64,000 nt of DNA, taken from the NCBI GenBank assembly GCA_040954595.2, contig CM082588.2, forward strand, positions 8,850,844 to 8,914,843, read 5' to 3'. The number at the start of each line of letters is the position of its first letter. Position 1 is the first letter of the stretch. The position numbers and the translations under genes are program-made. The DNA is from Balanoglossus misakiensis (taxonomy: Eukaryota > Animalia > Hemichordata). Below the pieces are notes generated by a model. It was not told the origin of the DNA, searched no databases, and saw nothing but the letters and a program-made list of their open reading frames with translations. Of the stretch, positions 52,501-63,971 are shown piece after piece.

Positions 52501-55500
52501 TAACAGGGAGACGTCGCACACTAGCTGCCCTTCCTTCCCCTGTTCCCATGCGTTATATACCACGCCTGCTTAAAGGACACCGACTTAGTGCGTTGTCTTT
52601 CTAATTCGGCGGGGACTTGAGCTTGGTCCCGCCGAGGTAACAGGGAGACGTCGCACACTAGCTGCACTTCCTTCCCCTGTTCCCATGCGTTATATACCAC
52701 GCCTGCTTAAAGGACACCGACTTAGCGTGTTGTCTTTTTTATTCGGCGGGGACTTGATCTTGGTCCCGCCGAGGTAAAAGGGGAGACGTCGCACACTAGC
52801 TGCCCTTCCTTCCCCTGTTCCAATGCGTTATATACCGCGCCTTCTTAAGGACACAGACTTTGCGCATCGTCTCTCTTATTCGGCGGGGACTTGAGCTTGG
52901 TCCCGCCGAGATAACAGGGGAGACGTCGCACACTAGCTGCCCTTCCTTCCCCTGTTCCAATGCGTTATATACCGCGCCTTCTTAAGGACACAGACTTTGC
53001 GCATTGTCTCTCTTATTCGGCGGGGACTTGAGCTTGGTCCCGCCGAGGTAACCGGAAGACGTCGCACACTAGCTGCCCTTCCTTCTCCTGTTCCCATGCG
53101 TTATATACCGCGCCTTTTTTGCGCATTGTCTTTCTAGTTAGGCGGGGACTTGAGCTTGGTCCCGCCGAGGTAACAGGGAGACGTCGCACACTAGCTGCAC
53201 TTCCTTCCCCTGTTCCCATGCGTTATATACCACGCCTGCTTAAAGGACACCGACTTACCGCGTTGTCTTTCTAATTCGGCGGGGACTTGAGCTTGGTCCC
53301 GCCCCGGTAGCAGGGAGACGTCGCACACTAGCTGCACTTCCTTCCCCTGTTCGCATGCGTTATATACCACGCCTGCTTAAAGGACACAGACTTTGCGCAT
53401 TGTCTCTCTTATTCGGCGGGGACTTGAGCTTGGTCCCGCCGAGGTAGCCAGGACACGACGCACACTAGCTGCCCTTCCTTCCCCTGTTCCCTTGCATTAT
53501 ATATCACGCCTGTTTAAAGGACACCGACATAGCACGTTGTCTTTCTAATTCGGCGGGGACTTTAGCTTGGTCCCGCCGAGGTAGCGGGGAGACGTCGCAC
53601 ACTAGCTGCCCTTCCTTCCCCTGTTCCCATGCGTTATATACCGCGTTTTCTTAAAGGACACCGACATAGCACGTTGTCTTTCTAATTCTGCGGGGACGTG
53701 AGCTTGGTCCCGCCGAGGTAGCGGGGAGACGTCGCACACTAGCTGCCCTTCCTTCCCCTGTTCCCATGCGTTATATACCGCGTTTTCTTAAAGGACACCG
53801 ACTTAGCACATTGTCTTTCTAATTCGGCGGGGACTTGAGCTTGGTCCCGCCGAGGTAGCGGGGAGACGTCGCACACTAGCTGCACTTCCTTCCCCTGTTC
53901 CCATGCGTTATATACCACGCCTGCTTAAAGGACACCGACTTACCGCGTTGTCTTTCTAATTCGGCGGGGACTTGAGCTTGGTCCCGCCGCGGTAGCAGGG
54001 AGACGTCGCACACTAGCTGCACTTCCTTCCCCTGTTCGCATGCGTTATATACCACGCCTGCTTAAAGGACACCGACTTGGCGCGTTGTCTTTCTAATTCG
54101 GCGGGGACTTGAGCTTGGTCCCGCCGAGGTAACAGGGAGACGTCGCACACTAGCTGCACTTCCTTCCCCTGTTCCCATGCGTTATATACCACGCCTGCTT
54201 AAAGGACACCGACTTAGCGTGTTGTCTTTTTTATTCGGCGGGGACTTGATCTTGGTCCCGCCGAGGTAAAAGGGGAGACGTCGCACACAAGCTGCCTTTC
54301 CTTTTCCTGTTCCCATGCGTTTTATACCACGCCTGCTTAAAGGACACCGACTTAGCGCCTTGTCTTTATAATTCTGTGAGGACTTGAGCTTGGTCCCGCC
54401 GAGGTAGCCAGGACACGACGCACACTAGCTGCCCTTCCTTCCCCTGTTCCCATGCATTATATATCACGCCTGTTTAAAGGACACCGACATAGCACGTTGT
54501 CTTTCTAATTCGGCGGGGACTTGAGCTTGGTCCCGCCGAGGTAGTGGGGAGACGTCGCACACTAGCTGCCTTTCCTTTTCCTGTTCCCATGCGTTTTATA
54601 CCACGCCTGCTTAAAGGACACCGACTTAGCGCCTTGTCTTTATAATTCTGTGAGGACTTTAGCTTGGTCCCGCCGAGGTAACAGGGGAGACGTCGCACAC
54701 TAGCTGCCTTTCCTTCCCCTGTTCCCATGCGTTATATACCACGCCTGCTTAAAGGACACCGACTTAGCGCCTTGTCTTTATAATTCTGCGGGGACTTGAG
54801 TTTGGTCCCGCCGAGGTAACCGGGAGACGTCGCACACTAGCTGCCCTTCCTTCCCCTGTTATCAAGCGTTATATACCGCGCTTTCTTAAAGGACACCGAC
54901 TTAGCACATTGTCTTCCTAATTCGGCGGGGACTTGAGCTTGGTCCCGCCGAGGTAGCGGGGAGACGTCGCACACTAGCTGCACTTCCTTCCCCTGTTCCC
55001 ATGCGTTATATACCACGCCTGCTTAAAGGACACCGACTTACCGCGTTGTCTTTCTAATTCGGCGGGGACTTGAGCTTGGTCCCGCCGCGGTAGCAGGGAG
55101 ACGTCGCACACTAGCTGCACTTCCTTCCCCTGTTCGCATGCGTTATATACCACGCCTGCTTAAAGGACACAGACTTTGCGCATTGTCTGTCTTATTCGGC
55201 GGGGACTTGAGCTTGGTCCCGCCGAGGTAGCCAGGACACGACGCACTCTAGCTGCCCTTCCTTCCCCTGTTCCCATGCATTATATATCACGCCTGTTTAA
55301 AGGACACCGACATAGCACGTTGTTTTTCTAATTCGGCGGGGACTTTAGCTTGGTCCCGCCGAGGTAGCGGGGAGACGTCGCACACTAGCTGCCCTTTCTT
55401 CCCCTGTTTCCATGCGTTATATACCGCGTTTTCTTAAAGGACACCGACATAGCACGTTGTCTTTCTAATTCTGCGGGGACGTGAGCTTGGTCCCGCCGAG

Positions 55501-58500
55501 GTAGCGGGGAGACGTCGCACACTAGCTGCCCTTCCTTCCCCTGTTCCCATGCGTTATATACCGCGTTTTCTTAAAGGACACCGACTTAGCACATTGTCTT
55601 TCTAATTCGGCGGGGACTTGAGCTTGGTCCCGTCGAGGTAGCGGGGAGACGTCGCACACTAGCTGCACTTCCTTCCCCTGTTCCCATGCGTTATATACCA
55701 CGCCTGCTTAAAGGACACCGACTTACCGCGTTGTATTCCTAATTCGGCGGGGACTTGAGCTTGGTCCCGCCGCGGTAGCAGGGAGACGTCGCACACTAGC
55801 TGCACTTCCTTCCCCTGTTCGCATGCGTTATATACCACGCCTGCTTAAAGGACACCGACTTGGCGCGTTGTCTTTCTAATTCGGCGGGGACTTGATCTTG
55901 GTCCCGCCGAGGTAGCGGGGAGACGTCGCACACTAGCTGCCCTTCCTTCCCCTGTTGCAATGCGTTATATACCGCGCCTTCTTAAGGACACAGACTGTGC
56001 GCATTGTCTCTCTTATTCGGCGGGGACTTGAGCTTGGTCCCGCCGAGGTAGCCAGGACACGACGCACACTAGCTGCCCTTCCTTCCCCTGTTCCCATGCA
56101 TTATATATCACGCCTGTTTAAAGGACACCGACATAGCACGTTGTCTTTCTAATTCGGCGGGGACTTTAGCTTGGTCCCGCCGAGGTAGCGGGGAGACGTC
56201 GCACACTAGCTGCCCTTCCTTCCCCTGTTCCCATGCGTTATATACCGCGTTTTCTTAAAGGACTCCGACATAGCACGTTGTCTTTCTAATTCTGCGGGGA
56301 CGTGAGCTTGGTCCCGCCGAGGTAGCGGGGAGACGTCGCACACTAGCTGCCCTTCCTTCCCCTGTTCCCATGCGTTATATACCGCGTTTTCTTAAAGGAC
56401 ACCGACTTAGCACGTTGTCTTTCTAATTCTGTGGGGACTTGAGCTTGGTCTCGCCGAGGTAGCCAGGACACGACGCACACTAGCTGCCCTTCCTTCCCCT
56501 GTTCCCATGTGTTATATATCACGCCTGTTTAAAGGACACCGACATAGCACGTTGTCTTTCTAATTCGGCGGGGACTTGAGCTTGGTCCCGCCGAGGTAGC
56601 GGGGAGACGTCGCACACTAGCTGCCCTTCCTTCCCCTGTTCCCACGTTATATACCACGCCTGCTTAAAGGACACCGACTTAGTGCGTTGTCTTTCTAATT
56701 CGGCGGGGACTTGAGCTTGGTCCCGCCGAGGTAACAGGGAGACGTCGCACACTAGCTGCACTTCCTTCCCCTGTTCCCATGCGTTATATACCACGCCTGC
56801 TTAAAGGACACCGACTTAGCGCGTTGTCTTTCTTATTCGGCGGGGACTTGATCTTGGTCCCGCCGAGGTAGCGGGGAGACGTTGCACACTAGCTGCCCTT
56901 CCTTCCCCTGTTCCAATGCGTTATATACCGCGCCTTCTTAAGGACACAGACTTTGCGCATTGTCTCTCTTATTCGGCGGGGACTTGAGCTTGGTCCCGCC
57001 AAGGTAGCCAGGACACGACGCACACTAGCTGCCCTTCCTTCCCCTGTTCCCATGCATTATATATCACGCCTGTTTAAAGGACACCGACATAGCACGTTGT
57101 CTTTCTAATTCGGCGGGGACTTTAGCTTGGTCCCGCCGAGGTAGCGGGGAGACGTCGCACACTAGCTGCACTTCCTTCCCCTGTTCCCATGCGTTATATA
57201 CCACGCCTGCTTAAAGGACACCGACTTACCGCGTTGTCTTTCTAATTCGGCGGGGACTTGAGCTTGGTCCCGCCGCGGTAGCAGGGAGACGTCGCACACT
57301 AGCTGCACTTCCTTCCCCTGTTCTCAAGCGTTATATACCGCGCTTTCTTAAAGGACACAGACTTTGCGCATTGTCTCTGTTATTCGGCGGGGACTTGAGC
57401 TTGGTCAAGCCGAGGTAGCGGGGAGACGTTGCACACTAGCTGCCTTTCCTTTTCCTGTTCCCATGCGTTATATACCACGCCTGCTTAAAGGACACCGACT
57501 TAGCGCGTTGTCTTTATAATTCTGTGGGGACTTGAGCTTGGTCTCGCCGAGGTAGCCAGGACACGACGCACACTAGCTGCCCTTCCTTCCCCTGTTCCCA
57601 TGTGTTATATATCACGCCTGTTTAAAGGACACCGACATAGCACGTTGTCTTTCTAATTCGGCGGGGACTTGAGCTTGGTCCCGCCGAGGTAGCGGGGAGA
57701 CGTCGCACACTAGCTGCCCTTCCTTCCCCTGTTCCCATGCGTTATATACCACGCCTGCTTAAAGGACACCGACTTAGTGCGTTGTCTTTCTAATTCGGCG
57801 GGGACTTGAGCTTGGTCCCGCCGAGGTAACAGGGAGACGTCGCACACTAGCTGCACTTCCTTCCCCTGTTCCCATGCGTTATATACCACGCCTGCTTAAA
57901 GGACACCGACTTAGCGCGTTGTCTTTCTTATTCGGCGGGGACTTGATCTTGGTCCCGCCGAGGTAAAAGGGGAGACGTCGCACACTAGCTGCCCTTCCTT
58001 CCCCTGTTCCAATGCGTTATATACCGCGCCTTCTTAAGGACACAGACTTTGCGCATTGTCTCTCTTATTCGGCGGGGACTTGAGCTTGGTCCCGCCGAGG
58101 TAACAGGGGAGACGTCGCACACTAGCTGCCCTTCCTTCCCCTGTTCCAATGCGTTATATACCGCGCCTTCTTAAGGACACAGACTTTGCGCATTGTCTCT
58201 CTTATTCGGCGGGGACTTGAGCTTGGTCCTGCCGAGGTAGCGGGGAGACGTCGCACACTAGCTGCACTTCCTTCCCCTGTTCCCATGCGTTATATACCAC
58301 GCCTGCTTAAAGGACACCGACTTACCGCGTTGTCTTTCTAATTCGGCGGGGACTTGAGCTTGGTCCCGCCGCGGTAGCAGGGAGACGTCGCACACTAGCT
58401 GCACTTCCTTCCCCTGTTCGCATGCGTTATATACCACGCCTGATTAAAGGACACCGACTTGGCGCGTTGTCTTTCTAATTCGGCGGGGACTTGATCTTGG

Positions 58501-61500
58501 TCCCGCCGAGGTAGCGGGGAGACGTCGCACACTAGCTGCCCTTCCTTCCCCTGTTCCAATGCGTTATATACCGCGCCTTCTTAAGGACACAGACTTTGCG
58601 CATTGTCTCTCTTATTCGGCGGGGACTTGAGCTTGGTCCCGCCGAGGTAGCCAGGACACGACGCACACTAGCTGCCCTTCCTTCCCCTGTTCCCATGCAT
58701 TATATATCACGCCTGTTTAAAGGACACCGACATAGCACGTTGTCTTTCTAATTCGGCGGGGACTTTAGCTTGGTCCCGCCGAGGTAGCGGGGAGACGTCG
58801 CACACTAGCTGCCCTTCCTTCCCCTGTTCCCATGCGTTATATACCGCGTTTTCTTAAAGGACTCCGACATAGCACGTTGTCTTTCTAATTCTGCGGGGAC
58901 GTGAGCTTGGTCCCGCCGAGGTAGCGGGGAGACGTCGCACACTAGCTGCCCTTCCTTCCCCTGTTCCCATGCGTTATATACCGCGTTTTCTTAAAGGACA
59001 CCGACTTAGCACGTTGTCTTTCTAATTCTGCGGGGACTTGAGCTTGGTCCCGCCGAGGTAGCGGGGAGACGTCGCACACTAGCTGCACTTCCTTCCCCTG
59101 TTCCCATGCGTTATATACCACGCCTGCTTAAAGGACACTGACTTACCGCGTTGTCTTTCTAATTCGGCGGGGACTTGAGCTTGGTCCCGCCGCGGTAGCA
59201 GGGAGACGTCGCACACTAGCTGCACTTCCTTCCCCTGTTCTCAAGCGTTATATACCGCGCTTTCTTAAAGGACACAGACTTTGCGCATTGTCTTTCCAGT
59301 TCGGCGGGGACTTGAGCTTGGTCCCGCCGAGGTAGAAAGGACACGTCGCACACTAGCTGCCCTTCCTTCCCCTGTTCCCATGCGTTATATACCGCGCCTG
59401 TTTAAAGGACACCGACTTAGCACATTGTCTTTCTAATTCGGCGGGGACTTGAGCTTGGTCCCGCCGAGGTAGCGGGGAGACGTCGCACACTAGCTGCACT
59501 TCCTTCCCCTGTTCCCATGCGTTATATACCACGCCTGCTTAAAGGACACCGACTTACCGCGTTGTCTTTCTAATTCGGCGGGGACTTGAGCTTGGTCCCG
59601 CCGCGGTAGCAGGGAGACGTCGCACACTAGCTGCACTTCCTTCCCCTGTTCGCATGCGTTATATACCACGCCTGCTTAAAGGACACCGACTTGGCGCGTT
59701 GTCTTTCTAATTCGGCGGGGACTTGATCTTGGTCCCGCCGAGGTAGCCGGGAGACTTAGCACACTAGCTGCCCTTCCTTCCCCTGTTCCCATGTGTTATA
59801 TATCACGCCTGTTTAAAGGACACCGACATAGCACGTTGTCTTTCTAATTCGGCGGGGACTTGAGCTTGGTCCCGCCGAGGTAGCGGGGAGACGTCGCACA
59901 CTAGCTGCCCTTCCTTCCCCTGTTCCCATGCGTTATATACCACGCCTGCTTAAAGGACACCGACTTAGTGCGTTGTCTTTCTAATTCGGCGGGGACTTGA
60001 TCTTGGTCCCGCCGAGGTAAAAGGGGAGACGTCGCACACTAGCTGCCCTTCCTTCCCCTGTTCCAATGCGTTATATACCGCGCCTTCTTAAGGACACAGA
60101 CTTTGCGCATTGTCTCTCTTATTCGGCGGGGACTTGAGCTTGGTCCCGCCGAGGTAACAGGGGATACGTCGCACACTAGCTGCCCTTCCTTCCCCTGTTC
60201 CAATGCGTTATATACCGCGCCTTCTTAAGGACACAGACTTTGCGCATTGTCTCTCTTATTCGGCGGGGACTTGAGCTTGGTCCCGCCGAGGTAACAGGGG
60301 AGACGTCGCACACTAGCTGCCCTTCCTTCCCCTGTTCCAATGCGTTATATACCGCGCCTTCTTAAGGACACAGACTTTGCGCATTGTCTCTCTTATTCGG
60401 CGGGGACTTGAGCTTGGTCCCGCCGAGGTAACAGGGGAGACGTCGCACACTAGCTGCCCTTCCTTCCCCTGTTCCAATGCGTTATATACCGCGCCTGCTT
60501 AAGGACACAGACTTTGCGCATTGTCTCTCTTATTCGGCGGGGACTTGAGCTTGGTCCCGCCGAGGTAACCGGAAGACGTCGCACACTAGCTGCCCTTCCT
60601 TCTCCTGTTCCCATGCGTTATATACCGCGCCTTCTTTGCGCATTGTCTTTCTAGTTAGGCGGGGACTTGAGCTTGGTCCCGCCGAGGTAGCAGGGAGACG
60701 TCGCACACTAGCTGCACTTCCTTCCCCTGTTCCCATGCGTTATATACCACGCCTGCTTAAAGGACACTGACTTGGCGCGTTGTCTTTCTAATTCGGCGGG
60801 GACTTGATCTTGGTCCCGCCGAGGTAACAGGGGAGACGTCGCACACTAGCTGCCTTTCCTTTTCCTGTTTCCATGCGTTATATACCACGCCTGCTTAAAG
60901 GACACCGACTTAGCGCCTTGTCTTTATAATTCTGTGAGGACTTGAGCTTGGTCCCGCCGAGGTAGCCAGGACACGACGCACACTAGCTGCCCTTCCTTCC
61001 CCTGTTCCCATGCATTATATATCACGCCTGTTTAAAGGACACCGACATAGCACGTTGTCTTTCTTATTCGGCGGGGACTTGAGCTTGGTCCCGCCGAGGT
61101 AGCGGGGAGACGTCGCACACTAGCTGCCCTTCCTTCCCCTGTTCCCATGCGTTATATACCGCGTTTTCTTAAAGGACACCGACATAGCACGTTGTCTTTC
61201 TAATTCTGCGGGGACGTGAGCTTGGTCCCGCCGAGGTAACCGGGAGACGTCGCACACTAGCTGCCTTTCCTTCTCTTGTTCCCATGCGTTGTATACCACG
61301 CCTGCTTAAAGGACACCGACTTAGCGCGTTGTCTTTCTAATTCGGCGGGGACTTGAGCTTGGTCCCGCCGAGGTAACCGGGAGACGTCGCACACTAGCTG
61401 CCTTTCCTTCTCTTGTTCCCATGCGTTATATACCACGCCTGCTTAAAGGACACCGACTTAGCGCGTTGTCTTTCTAATTCTGTGGGGACTTGAGCTTGGT

Positions 61501-61607
61501 CCCGCCGAGGTAGCCAGGACACGTCGCACACTAGCTGCCCTTCCTTCCCATGTTCCCATGCGTTATATGCCGGTTTTGTGCGCGTTGTCTTTCTAATTCG
61601 GCGGGGA
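40583..61607. repeat. ~137-bp tandem satellite DNA array, right sub-array (~154 monomers, more diverged)
   Basis: Same monomer and orientation as the left array, enriched in its own variants (GACTTACCGCG, GTTCGCATG, CCGCGTTTTCTTAAA, GGACGTGAGC, GTAGCCAGGACACGAC, deletion monomers). It ends abruptly after TTCGGCGGGGA at ~61607. Confidence 0.98.
42963..54962. repeat. Tandem ~44-monomer higher-order duplication, 6001-bp period
   Basis: Five ORF-track entries recur at exactly +6001 (43326/49327, 43504/49505, 45746/51747, 47012/53013, 48473/54474). Markers CTTCAAGG, CAGTACACGA and GCGCATCGTC are duplicated. Confidence 0.93.
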
Positions 61608-62265
61608 GAAGTTGTGGACTCAGACTTGCCCAGCTTCTTGTGGGGCAGTCGTATACGTACAAAGGAGTGGGTTTCCAAACAGTTTACGGGTGCAATGACA
61701 TGTTGGGATTGTATCCTTATGGGGAAGATACTAAAACATTTACTTGCTCATGTTTAACATGTGAGAAATACAATGTAAAGATCAAACTACATTCTTTTAA
61801 AATATGCCAAAGTGGCTTTGTATACCATAGCATTGAAATAAGATGGCAAATGACTAATCGTATTATAATACATATGCTTATATACGTAGACATTGCTTTG
61901 ATGGTCCAAAGGTCATTTTGGCACATTTGAGGCGATATCTCGTGAGTGACACGATGCCTTATTAAAAATGACACGAATACACATTAAACGAGAATAATTA
62001 AATTGCAAGAATAATGCTGAATGTATGTTTAAAACGACGGAAATAATTTCAGTCATAATTTAGCAAGCACTCATAAACCTATTAACTTGAAAATGTAACC
62101 AATTTCTATCATGATACATGTACCTTAGAACGTCATAGGCAGGTTAACTTTGATAATTCTGAAAATTAGACTATCCTTTTGAAATATTATAGCGGAAATT
62201 ATTAGCAACTATTGTTTAAATACAATTACGGCTCTGTATCTCTTTTAGTGTAGAGTATACAAAAG

Positions 62266-62278
62266 TCAGTTCACGTCA
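62266..62278 (+). promoter_or_regulatory. Candidate initiator (TCAGTT) overlapping a CRE-like TCACGTCA just upstream of the ATG
   Basis: TCAGTT matches the invertebrate Inr consensus TCAKTY about 25 nt before the ATG. This is a motif match only. Confidence 0.2.
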
Positions 62279-62292
62279 CCAAGTCTGCAGAT

Positions 62293-62365
62293 ATGTCTAG
62301 TTTTGTAACGATTTTCGCATGTTTATTGGCCACTGTGTTTCCGTTGGTACAAGGAAATGCTATCG
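62293..62365 (+). CDS. Coding exon 1: signal peptide of a secreted thyroglobulin type-1/WAP domain protein
   Basis: ATG at 62293 gives MSSFVTIFACLLATVFPLVQGNAI(G), with a hydrophobic core and a VQG-type cleavage site. It ends at a consensus donor G|GTGAGT, phase 1, in frame with the next exon. Confidence 0.8.
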
Positions 62366-62822
62366 GTGAGTGAAACCCAGTAGGCCTTTTTCCAATTTGA
62401 TGTTTATATTTAATATGGCAAGTATTGAAGGCACATTGTTGTGACCCTTCTTTTGTACAGTGTTAAATTATGAACAAGTTTGGTCGATGTGTGACGCAAC
62501 TCACTGATTCTGAACAACATAGACGCCGGTAGTCTACGCTCACTTGGTAACAGTGCAAATTGTTCGGCAGTGCTTTTGGGCCGTGCCAATGACCTTTACC
62601 CAATCTTCTCAGGAAATAGCAGCAGATTCGACCCTGTTTCCTGCAATGTGTGTAGCAATGTGTGTATTCTTGCATGGCAAATACATCGAGTTCAACAAAT
62701 GTTACACACATCGACACTAAACTGTGTCGCAATAACCTATAAACTTATCATAAAAACGCTATATCCAATCTGTGTTGAAATTTTGAATTGATTTAGCATT
62801 TTCGTATTTAATATTTTCCCAG

Positions 62823-63068
62823 GGAATGTTGTTGGAAATGGTAAAGAACCTCGTTATTGCAATGAGGTGAACGCCATGGTGGAAGCAGTGAAAGTGGTTT
62901 ACAATAACTCGCGGCACCCTTATGATGTAACATATGACTGCATGAAGGATGGGCGTTTTGAGCCTCTCCAGTGTGATAATTACGGATTCTGTTCGTGCGT
63001 TAACGCATATGGAAATTTAATTGCTCGCACGTTACTGCCCGCAAACAGAGGCAAACCAGTTTGTAAAG
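62823..63068 (+). CDS. Coding exon 2: thyroglobulin type-1 (TY) domain
   Basis: Acceptor TATTTTCCCAG| and donor G|GTCAGT, phase 1-1. Translation ...RYCNEVN...YDCMKDGRFEPLQCDNYGFCSCVNAYGNLIARTLLPANRGKPVCK has six Cys and the C..DG.F.P.QC...C(W/S)CV...G pattern of TY repeats. Confidence 0.88.
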
Positions 63069-63415
63069 GTCAGTTGACAGAACTATATGCACTAGCTGCA
63101 AACTCTTGCTTGTTTTGCCTCTGGTTTATGTTTTCTTTGTAAGTTGGAGTATGCCATTGTGACCTTCAGCGAACCACTGCCACTCTTGTCTAAAATTGCT
63201 GAATCGACCTATGTATAAAATAATATTTCTGATTTATGACGAGAAGTCGGTTTTTAGATAACTTTGTATTGGTAACACATATATGTATATATGAAGACGT
63301 TTAATTATTAACGTTTGTAGTATTATTCGAGTCTTGACTCTGGCAGATACAACGACACCTCTCTGAAGCCAAATATATCATAATGTTATATAAAGTGAAA
63401 TGTTTCCTAAACTAG

Positions 63416-63553
63416 GTTTGAAAGTTGGACAGTGCCCCCTGAATAAAGTTATCGGTTCCTGTGACGTCACCTGTGGCAATGACGACGAATGTCTATCAAA
63501 TCTGAAATGCTGTGACACGGACTGTGGAAAGACTTGTATGGAACCAGCGCAAG
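63416..63553 (+). CDS. Coding exon 3: WAP (four-disulfide core) domain
   Basis: Acceptor CTAAACTAG| and a weaker donor G|GTTGGC, phase 1-1. LKVGQCPLNKVIGSCDVTCGNDDECLSNLKCCDTDCGKTCMEPAQ has KxGxCP and the 8-Cys WAP spacing (CxxDxxC...KCC...CG..C..P). Confidence 0.9.
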
Positions 63554-63725
63554 GTTGGCGATCTTTCTCACAGCTTGGTTTCATATTGTGCATACTAAAT
63601 TTACACACAACTTCCATATTTTTTTTTCAAACTCTATCCAGTCGTAATGCACAAACCAAGGATATTGCATAGCTATCACGCCGCGTGTATTATAAATCCA
63701 AAAACTAAATTAATTTCCTTCGCAG

Positions 63726-63754
63726 CTGATAACATAATGACCAATCAAAACTAA
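63726..63754 (+). CDS. Candidate short terminal coding exon (ADNIMTNQN-stop)
   Basis: Acceptor TAATTTCCTTCGCAG| read in phase 1 gives (A)DNIMTNQN then TAA at 63752-63754. AATAAA lies at 63835-63840. Based on splice-signal inference only. Confidence 0.4.
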
Positions 63755-63834
63755 TCAAGTATCATCCCATCAAGTTGAGCGGATATTAGACAATATAAAC
63801 ACGTTATCATTTATTTAATTATAATAAGCGTCAT

Positions 63835-63840
63835 AATAAA
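63835..63840 (+). promoter_or_regulatory. Candidate polyadenylation signal AATAAA
   Basis: Canonical hexamer ~80 nt after the candidate stop. The AT-rich context makes chance occurrence plausible. Confidence 0.3.
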
Positions 63841-63971
63841 TTATAAATTTAATGACCAAATTCCATTTCCACAGAGTTTCTATGACCACTACTTTGGATG
63901 ATATTATCTTTAAAAAAGCTAATATTGTCGTTCAAAATACACGGATTGCGTGTGTTTTCATTTCTCTGCAG

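Noticed and set aside
1-61607. CRISPR array interpretation (palindromic repeat at regular spacing)
   Set aside because: The sequence between hairpins is conserved rather than unique spacers, there are no cas genes, and the flanking gene has spliceosomal introns.
8391-61678. Repeated 60-105 aa ORFs within the satellite (MVYNAWEQG..., MGTGEG..., MRIVSLIRR...)
   Set aside because: These are translations of the monomer that open only where 1-bp indels or substitutions bypass stops. The 137-bp monomer is not a multiple of 3, and no domain features are present.
62443-62510. Acceptor-like GACCCTTCTTTTGTACAG within intron 1
   Set aside because: Phase-1 reading hits a stop after ~15 codons with no good donor, whereas exon 1 joins exon 2 cleanly.
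62643-62666. 12-bp tandem duplication GCAATGTGTGTA x2 in intron 1
   Set aside because: It is real but trivial, consistent with slippage, and has no associated element.
61550-62791. ORFs 61550..61930, 61717..61974, 62463..62732 and 62570..62791
   Set aside because: They have no recognisable domain and lie in upstream or intronic AT-rich sequence.
63378-63617. Minus-strand 79-aa ORF
   Set aside because: It is the antisense shadow of the WAP exon.
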